Positions 37,991 to 44,094 of a DNA stretch of 44,094 bases are shown here, one piece after another. Location of the stretch: assembly GCA_046732415.1 (NCBI GenBank), contig JBKPMZ010000058.1, positions 1-44,094 of the forward strand, read 5' to 3'. The translations under genes and the position numbers were made by a program. The stretch is from Vulcanimicrobiota bacterium (GTDB lineage: Bacteria > Vulcanimicrobiota > Vulcanimicrobiia > Vulcanimicrobiales > Vulcanimicrobiaceae). The notes beneath the pieces were generated by a model. That model was given only the letters and a program-made list of their open reading frames with translations, ran no database searches and was not told the DNA's origin. Numbering within the stretch: position 1 is the stretch's first letter; every line of letters begins with the position of its first letter.

Positions 37991-38845
37991 TTACGATTGC
38001 GGCCGCGCAGGCGCGGCGTCGGGCGCGAGCGGAACGCCGAACGCTTGCGTCCACTGTTCCCGCAGCAATTCATCGAAGCCCTCGCCCAGTACGGCGCACT
38101 TGCGTAGACGCGGCATTTTGAAGCGAGACGGTTCGGGCACGGCGAGCTGCGCGTGATACTCCTCGGCGCGCTGCAGCAGAATCGTCACGGAGAGTTCGCG
38201 GATGAGATCCAAGCGTTCGCGCGCGTCGAATCCGCCGTTGTGCACCACGGCGGCGGCCCCGCAAAGCCACGGCCGCGCGACGGCTTGAACGAACCAGTCG
38301 CGGTCTTCGATGTGAAGCGCGCACCAGACCGTATCGGTGGCAACCGCTCCCAAGTGTGCGCGCGCTGCCTCGCGCGCATCTTGCAGCACCGGCGGCTCGT
38401 CATCCGTTGCCGGCGGCGGCACGGCGGGAGCACGCTGTGCCAGCGTGTCGAAGCGCGCCCAGCCTTCGCATTCTTCGCCGATGAGCAGGTAGCGCGCATC
38501 GGGCGAAAAGCGGTCGCGGTTTGCATCGATCCCGGCGCGGTACACGCGGTTGGAGACGATCGCCGTTGCTCCGGCGGCTTGTGCTTCGTCTAGAATCGCA
38601 GGGGCGCCGACGCGATCCAGCGCCAGCAGCGTAAACACGCACTTCGCAGCGGTGGAGCAGCAGACGTACACCCGATCCTGTTCGTGAATACCGAACGCGC
38701 GCAGCACGGCGGCATACTGTAACGCGTGCTTTACGACTTCCGCGAACGTGTAGTCGCGCCGGTGCCCGTATTCGTCGACGAAAATCAGGCCCGTGCGATC
38801 GTCACCGGCGAAGCGATCGGTCAGATCAGAGAGTTGCCAGTGCAT
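37991..38845 (-). CDS. AMP-dependent synthetase/ligase-like protein, short and apparently degenerate
   Basis: The N-terminus follows the acyl-CoA synthetase pattern (..YTFAEVVKHALQYAAVLRAFGIHEQDRVYVCC..LLALDRVGA..). I see no S/T-G-G-rich P-loop or C-terminal domain. It overlaps the rocD end by 20 nt. Confidence 0.5.
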   Translation of the reverse strand: MHWQLSDLTDRFAGDDRTGLIFVDEYGHRRDYTFAEVVKHALQYAAVLRAFGIHEQDRVYVCCSTAAKCVFTLLALDRVGAPAILDEAQAAGATAIVSNRVYRAGIDANRDRFSPDARYLLIGEECEGWARFDTLAQRAPAVPPPATDDEPPVLQDAREAARAHLGAVATDTVWCALHIEDRDWFVQAVARPWLCGAAAVVHNGGFDARERLDLIRELSVTILLQRAEEYHAQLAVPEPSRFKMPRLRKCAVLGEGFDELLREQWTQAFGVPLAPDAAPARPQS

Positions 38846-40022
38846 CTCCGAACACACGCAGCAGCATATCGATTTCCTCGTCGTCGATGACGAGCGGCGG
38901 TGCGATGCGTAAGACGTTCTCATGCGTGTCTTTCGCAACGACCCCGCGCGCCAGCATCGCCTCGGAGAGCCGCCGTGCCGGAATCGTCAGCTCGATACCG
39001 ATGAGCAATCCGCGCCCGCGTACTTCCTTGATGAACGGCGAACTGAACGAACGCAGTCCGCGCATGATCTTCGCACCTGCGTAGCGCGCGCGCGATGCAA
39101 GATTCTCCTCGATGATGACGTCGAGCGACGCGATTGCGACCGCCGACCCGAGCGGATTTCCGCCGAAGGTGCTGCCGTGCTCGCCCGGGCGGAACAGCAG
39201 CAGCAGTTCGCGCGCCGCGAGCACCGCGGAAACCGGATAGTAGCCGCCGCCGAGCGCCTTGCCCACGACGAGTACATCGGGTTTGACGCTTTCGTGATCG
39301 CAGGCGAAGAGATCGCCCGTGCGTCCGAACCCGGTTTGAATTTCGTCCGCGACGAACAGCACGCGATGTTCGCGGCACAGCCCCCACGCGCGCTTGAGAA
39401 AACCGTCCGGCGGCACGACGACGCCGCCTTCGCCTTGAATCGGCTCGATGAGAATGGCGCAGGTGTTGTCGTTCACCGCGGCGCTGAGCGCTTCGTAATT
39501 CCCGTACGGAACCTGCACGAAGCCGGGCGTGAACGGACCGAAACCGCGCCGGTATTCTTCGGTCGAACTCGCGCTGATCGCTGCGGTCGTGCGCCCGTGA
39601 AAGTTGTTGGTGAAGACGATGATCTCGGCGCGGTCCTGTGCGATGCCTTTGACTTCGTAGCCGTATCTGCGCGCGAGTTTGATCGCCGTTTCGACCGCTT
39701 CGACACCGCTGTTCATGGGCAGCGCCATGTCGTATCCGCAGATTTGCGTGAGTTTCTCGAGGAAGAACGGCATGCGATCATTGCGCATCGCGCGCGAGGT
39801 GAGCGTCACCTTTTTCGCCTGTTCGGTGAGCGCGGCCATGATGCGCGGATGGCAATGCCCCTGATTGACCGCGGAGTACGCGCTCACGCAATCAAGATAA
39901 CGGTTGCCGGCGACGTCGTAGAGCCACACGCCTTCGGCGCGCTCGACGACGAGATCGAGCGGATGGTAGTTGTGAGCCCCATAGCGATCCTCGAGCGCTA
40001 TGAGTTCATCGGCAGTCAACAT
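38826..40022 (-). CDS. rocD: ornithine--oxo-acid aminotransferase (class III)
   Basis: MLTADELIALEDRYGAHNYHPLDLVVERAEGVWLYDVAGNRYLDCVSAYSAVNQGHCHPRI.. and DEIQTGFGRTG. Start re-picked at ATG 40022. Confidence 0.9.
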   Translation of the reverse strand: MLTADELIALEDRYGAHNYHPLDLVVERAEGVWLYDVAGNRYLDCVSAYSAVNQGHCHPRIMAALTEQAKKVTLTSRAMRNDRMPFFLEKLTQICGYDMALPMNSGVEAVETAIKLARRYGYEVKGIAQDRAEIIVFTNNFHGRTTAAISASSTEEYRRGFGPFTPGFVQVPYGNYEALSAAVNDNTCAILIEPIQGEGGVVVPPDGFLKRAWGLCREHRVLFVADEIQTGFGRTGDLFACDHESVKPDVLVVGKALGGGYYPVSAVLAARELLLLFRPGEHGSTFGGNPLGSAVAIASLDVIIEENLASRARYAGAKIMRGLRSFSSPFIKEVRGRGLLIGIELTIPARRLSEAMLARGVVAKDTHENVLRIAPPLVIDDEEIDMLLRVFGDALATL

Positions 40023-40159
40023 GATGTTCCAACGGGCGCCGCGTGTGTTTACTTCGGCGACGCGTCGCATCGGCCGAAGGACCGCAGGGGCGCGAACGCC
40101 TGCGTTCCAGGAACACTTCCACATTTGAGTTAAGGACGATACGCTCGCCTACCTCTTTT

Positions 40160-41026
40160 ATGAACGACACCGCCTATTCGCACGCGCAGGAGCGTCTGCA
40201 GTGGTTTTACCGCCGGGACGAGGCATCGCACGTGGCCGCATGGGGGCGCACGCTCGTCTTCGACCATGGCCGCCGCATGGAGCGCGCGACGGTGCTGCTG
40301 CACGGGCTGTCCGCAAGTCCGCGGCAGTTTGTGACGGTTGCGCGGGCGCTGCACGAACGCGGACATAACGTCTTCGTTCCGCGTTTGCCGCGGCACGGCT
40401 ACCGCAACCGGTTGTCGGAAGCGCTCGCGACGATGAACGCGGGGCAACTGGAAGCGTGCGCCAACGATTCGCTTGCGATTGCACGCGGCTTGGGCGAACG
40501 CGTCGCGGTTGCGGGCTTTTCACTGGGCGGATTGCTCACCACATACCTCGCGCAATTTCACCACGTACAGCGTGCCGTCGCGGTGTCGCCATTTTTAGGT
40601 GTCTCGTGGATTCCGAATCCGTTGCGTTTGGCGGTTGCGCGTCTGGTGCTCAGCCGGCCGAATCGCTTTTATTGGTGGGATCCGATCCTGCGCGAACGGC
40701 AACTGCCCGAGCACGGCTATCCGCGTTTTGCGACGCATGCCATCGGCCATGGTCTCACGCTCGCGCACGAAGTTTTGGAAGCGGCGCGTTCCAATGCGCC
40801 GAAAGCGGACGAAGTGGTGCTCGTGATCAATCCGCGAGACTCGGCGGTCAACAAAGGCGCAATAGTGCGTCTGGGCGAGCGCTGGCGGCGTATGAAACCG
40901 GAAGCGGTTACCATACGGCGTTTGCAGGGGCTTCCGCCGTTCGTGCACGACATCATCGAGCCCAAACGCTACCCGAAGGTCGCGCAGCGGGTTACGCCGC
41001 TGCTCGTGGAACTGATCGACGCGTGA
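40160..41026 (+). CDS. alpha/beta hydrolase (paralogue A)
   Basis: VLLHGLSASPRQF, elbow GFSLGG, and conserved WWDP and HDIIEP motifs. Start re-picked at ATG 40160. Confidence 0.8.
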   Translation: MNDTAYSHAQERLQWFYRRDEASHVAAWGRTLVFDHGRRMERATVLLHGLSASPRQFVTVARALHERGHNVFVPRLPRHGYRNRLSEALATMNAGQLEACANDSLAIARGLGERVAVAGFSLGGLLTTYLAQFHHVQRAVAVSPFLGVSWIPNPLRLAVARLVLSRPNRFYWWDPILRERQLPEHGYPRFATHAIGHGLTLAHEVLEAARSNAPKADEVVLVINPRDSAVNKGAIVRLGERWRRMKPEAVTIRRLQGLPPFVHDIIEPKRYPKVAQRVTPLLVELIDA

Positions 41027-41583
41027 GTACGCCGCGCCGCTGCGATTGGCCCAAGAACGATCTCGCCATCGCCTATCACGACAACGAATGGGGTGTGCCG
41101 GCGCACGACGACGCCGTGCTGTTCGAGTTTCTTACGCTCGAAGGCGCGCAAGCGGGCCTGAGTTGGGACACCGTGCTGCGAAAGCGCGAGCGTTATCGCA
41201 CGGTGTTCGCGCATTTCGACCCGCATCGCGTTGCACGATTCGGCGACGCGCGCTGCGAGCGCATTCTCCAGGACCCCGGCATTATCCGCAACCGCGCCAA
41301 GGTGTACGGCGCTGTCGCAAACGCGCGCGCGTTCGTCGGCGTGCAGGACGAGTTCGGCAGCTTCGACGCGTACGTGTGGCGTTTCGTCGACGGCACGCCG
41401 GTACGCAAGCGCCGCCGCAGCAGCGCGGAGATTCCGGTGAGCACGCCGCTCTCGGACGCGCTCAGCAAGGATTTGCGCAAGCGCGGCTTCACGTTCGTCG
41501 GCACCACGATCTGCTATTCGTTCATGCAGGCCGTAGGCATGGTCGACGACCATCTCGACGTATGCTTCAAGCGCCGGCGGTAG
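41023..41583 (+). CDS. tag: DNA-3-methyladenine glycosylase I
   Basis: ..CDWPKNDLAIAYHDNEWGVP..LFEFLTLEGAQAGLSWDTVLRKRE..IIRNRAKV... Its GTG 41023 overlaps the upstream TGA (GTGA). Confidence 0.9.
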   Translation: MSTPRRCDWPKNDLAIAYHDNEWGVPAHDDAVLFEFLTLEGAQAGLSWDTVLRKRERYRTVFAHFDPHRVARFGDARCERILQDPGIIRNRAKVYGAVANARAFVGVQDEFGSFDAYVWRFVDGTPVRKRRRSSAEIPVSTPLSDALSKDLRKRGFTFVGTTICYSFMQAVGMVDDHLDVCFKRRR

Positions 41584-42452
41584 ATCCCGCGCGTTCGTAC
41601 GCGCAGGCGTTGGAACGCGTGCGCGACCTGCAGGCGCTCGACGACGAGCGCATCTTGCCGCAGGCGCGTACCGCGCTGCTCGATCACGGCGAGCGTACGC
41701 CGCTCGCGATCGTGCTTCTGCACGGCTTCACGAATCACCCCGGGCAGTACCGAGAGTTCGCCCCGCTCGTGCACGCGCGCGGTGCGAACGTGCTCGTGCC
41801 GCGCATGCCCGAGCAAGGCGATCGCGATCGTCTCACCAAGCGCATGTCGCGATTGACGGCGGAATCGCTGCTCGCGCGCGCGTCGCAGGCCGTGGACATC
41901 GCGTGCGGCCTTGGCGAACGCGTCTGCGTTGCCGGCATTTCGTCCAGCGGTCTGCTGTGCGCGTATTTCGCGCAATACCGGGCCGATATTGCGCGTGCGA
42001 TCTGCATCGCTCCGGTGTTCGCGATGCTCCAACTTCCGTACATCGGCAGTTATGCGCTCACGCGCCTCATGCTGGCGCTGCCCGACTTCTATTTGTGGTG
42101 GGATCCGCGGCTGCAAGAACGCCAGCACCCATCCAGCGCGTATCCGTGGTTTTCCACGCACGCACTCGCCCAGACGATGCGCATCGGCGAGAACGTGTAC
42201 GCGCAGGCCAGGCGCGCGGCGCCGGCAGCGCCATCGATCGTGCTGCTCACCAACGCGCTGGACCCGGCGGTGAATAATGCCGTGACACACGCCGTCTCTC
42301 TCGATTGGGAGAACCGCCGACCGGGATGCGTGCAAGAATTCGCGTTCGCGAATCTGCCGCGTAACCACGACATCATCGAGCCGGACAATCCGCACGCGCG
42401 TACCGATATCGTGTATCCGCGCCTGCTCCGGTTCATTACCGAGACGCCATAA
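41562..42452 (+). CDS. alpha/beta hydrolase (paralogue B)
   Basis: IVLLHGFTNHPGQY, elbow GISSSG, WWDP and HDIIEP. It is colinear with paralogue A. ATG 41562 overlaps the tag 3' end by 22 nt. Confidence 0.8.
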   Translation: MLQAPAVDPARSYAQALERVRDLQALDDERILPQARTALLDHGERTPLAIVLLHGFTNHPGQYREFAPLVHARGANVLVPRMPEQGDRDRLTKRMSRLTAESLLARASQAVDIACGLGERVCVAGISSSGLLCAYFAQYRADIARAICIAPVFAMLQLPYIGSYALTRLMLALPDFYLWWDPRLQERQHPSSAYPWFSTHALAQTMRIGENVYAQARRAAPAAPSIVLLTNALDPAVNNAVTHAVSLDWENRRPGCVQEFAFANLPRNHDIIEPDNPHARTDIVYPRLLRFITETP

Positions 42453-42542
42453 GGCGCTCTTAAGGCACTCATAACCTTTTGCGGGTAATACTGATAGTTG
42501 TCCGTGTTTTTCTCGCTTTTCCGCAGGAGTTGAACGTACTGA

Positions 42543-43382
42543 ATGTTGCGTAAGATCGGTCTTGCCGCGATCGCCGCGGCGTTGCTGCTGCCAATCACGG
42601 CGTGCGGCGGCGGAAATTCGTCGTCGGCATCGTCGTCCTCGCCGGCGCCGTCGAATTCCATCACCGCGGCCGGCTCCACGGCGCTGCTGCCGCTCGTCAA
42701 ACAAGCCGCCGTCGATTATCAGGCAAAACATCCCGAAGTGAAAATCAGCGTGTCGGGCGGCGGATCGCGCGTCGGAATCACGCAGGCCGCACAGAAGGCC
42801 GTGGATTTGGGCAACTCCGACATTCCGGCCATCAACGAGCCGAGTTTGGTCGATCATCGCGTCGCCGTCGTGAGTTTCGGCGTCGTGGTCAACCCGAAAG
42901 CCGGCATCAAAAATCTTACGGCGCAGCAGATACGCGACATCTTCAGCGGAAGCGTGAGCAATTTCAAACAAGTCGGCGGCGCTGACCAGGAGATTACCAT
43001 TATCAACCGCCCGCGCAGTTCCGGCACGCGCGCAGTGTTCGTTAAAAATCTACTCGATGACCGGCAGCCGACGGAAAGCGGCCTAACGCAAGACTCATCC
43101 GGAACCGTGGCAACGATGGTCGCTCAAACGCCCGGCGCGATATCCTATGTCGCCATGGGCTATGTCAAGCCGGGCCAGCAGATTGCCGTTTCCATCGGCG
43201 GTGTCGCGCCGACCGACGCAAACGTCGAGAGCGGCAAATATCCCTATTGGTCCTACGAGCATATGTTCACCAACGGGCAGCCCAGCGCTCAGGTCGCCGA
43301 TTTCATCAACTTCATCAAAACCGATACGACGTTGCTGCGCCAACTGCATTTCATTCCCGTCAGCGCGATGAAGGTGAAGTAA
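42543..43382 (+). CDS. pstS: PstS-family phosphate-binding lipoprotein
   Basis: Lipobox LLLPITACGGG. ..ITAAGSTALLPLVKQAA..VSGGGSRVGI..NRPRSSGTR.. is typical of PstS/PBP-like-2 proteins. No pstCAB genes follow. Confidence 0.8.
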   Translation: MLRKIGLAAIAAALLLPITACGGGNSSSASSSSPAPSNSITAAGSTALLPLVKQAAVDYQAKHPEVKISVSGGGSRVGITQAAQKAVDLGNSDIPAINEPSLVDHRVAVVSFGVVVNPKAGIKNLTAQQIRDIFSGSVSNFKQVGGADQEITIINRPRSSGTRAVFVKNLLDDRQPTESGLTQDSSGTVATMVAQTPGAISYVAMGYVKPGQQIAVSIGGVAPTDANVESGKYPYWSYEHMFTNGQPSAQVADFINFIKTDTTLLRQLHFIPVSAMKVK

Positions 43383-43389
43383 GGCGCGT

Positions 43390-44094
43390 CTAGTTGTAAT
43401 CTTTGACGAGCGGCCAGATCTGCGCTAGCGGCTTCTTGATGCCGCGGCACAGCATGATCGGCATGCCGTCCTCGTACGGCATCACGTAGGGTGCGGTAAA
43501 CGTCGCGGCGCGCTGCGTGCGGTGAAACAAGTGCAGGTCTGCGCCACAATCGCCGTGGACGTCGATGAGCACGTCTCCGCTCGCGCCGTGCGTGCCCCAC
43601 AGAAAATACTGGTTGTGTCCGCTGATCACCGGCGGCAACGTGCGTCCGGCGAAAAACTCGATGGCCGCGGCTTCGCCGTAATTTGACGCCGCGATCACGG
43701 CGCGTGCGCGTTCTGCGGGCGGGAGCGAATCATAGACCGTAACGACGGTTTGCGCAAGCTTGGGCCATCCGTACATATCCGCATAGGTTTGCGGCAGCAC
43801 CGACTGCTTATGGTGCTCTGTTGCCGTCGCGTTGAGCGGCAGCACCGACGATAACGCGTTGTTGTATGCGATGAACTGCGGTACGGGGAGAAGCGGCACG
43901 ACGAGCGGCAACAGTAGCGCGCCGGCGGCGGCCGCAATGGCGATCAGTGCAGGACGTGCGATGCGCGCGCGCGCGGTCCATTGTTCGAACGCCGCGCCGC
44001 CGGCAGCGAACAACAGCGGGTAGAAGTCGGCCGGATAGTAGTGCTTCGCGTGCAAAGCGATCATCATCGAGATGAGCACGACGTAGGCGATACC
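43390..44094 (-). CDS. glycosyltransferase family 39 (ArnT/PMT-like) membrane protein, C-terminal part (5' end outside the window)
   Basis: The frame stays open to the window edge. Hydrophobic segments are followed by a soluble tail with ..SNYGEAAAIEFF..GHNQYFLWG.., typical of GT39/PMT_2 C-termini. Confidence 0.65.
   Translation of the reverse strand, partial: GIAYVVLISMMIALHAKHYYPADFYPLLFAAGGAAFEQWTARARIARPALIAIAAAAGALLLPLVVPLLPVPQFIAYNNALSSVLPLNATATEHHKQSVLPQTYADMYGWPKLAQTVVTVYDSLPPAERARAVIAASNYGEAAAIEFFAGRTLPPVISGHNQYFLWGTHGASGDVLIDVHGDCGADLHLFHRTQRAATFTAPYVMPYEDGMPIMLCRGIKKPLAQIWPLVKDYN

Noticed and set aside
1-44094. CRISPR arrays, rRNA or tRNA genes, integrases or intact IS elements, toxin-antitoxin pairs, and restriction or other defence genes
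   Set aside because: Reading both strands, I found no regularly spaced direct repeats, no rRNA or tRNA signatures, and no nuclease, ATPase, methylase or recombinase-type ORFs. The window looks like core chromosome.

Overview
High-GC bacterial chromosomal segment, densely coding on both strands, with about 55 CDS. I found no rRNA, tRNA, CRISPR array or intact mobile element. Content is mostly housekeeping and core metabolism. Recognisable genes are hsp20-lon, selD-glpK-glpD, pheS-pheT-cvpA, a TrmH-family methyltransferase, a NUDIX hydrolase, clpP, infC-rpmI-rplT, rocD, tag and a pstS-like gene. There is also an ECF sigma/anti-sigma pair, a PAS-GAF-PP2C phosphatase, an M61 peptidase, two beta-lactamase-fold serine hydrolases, three alpha/beta hydrolases, and a block of small lipoproteins and secreted proteins at 0.5-4.4 kb. 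The ORF track accepts GTG/TTG starts and often over-extends 5' ends, so I re-picked many starts using signal peptides, SD sequences and overlap geometry. I do not see a convincing new multi-gene system such as a defence island. The signals most worth a second look are these: (1) selD appears to be a UGA-recoded selenoprotein gene with a SECIS-like hairpin, which the ORF track truncates. (2) A perfect 16+16 nt palindrome sits on the divergent selD/aminotransferase start region. (3) selD heads a tightly overlapping five-gene string with glpK, glpD, an aldo/keto reductase and a cysteine-dioxygenase-like cupin. (4) A CIRCE-like operator lies in front of hsp20-lon. (5) pheS has a structured leader of about 210 nt that lacks a T-box motif. 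(6) infC has an SD-positioned ATA start behind an L20-leader-like attenuator. (7) tag is sandwiched between two paralogous serine hydrolases with overlapping reading frames. All family assignments come from motif recognition by eye; no database search was run.
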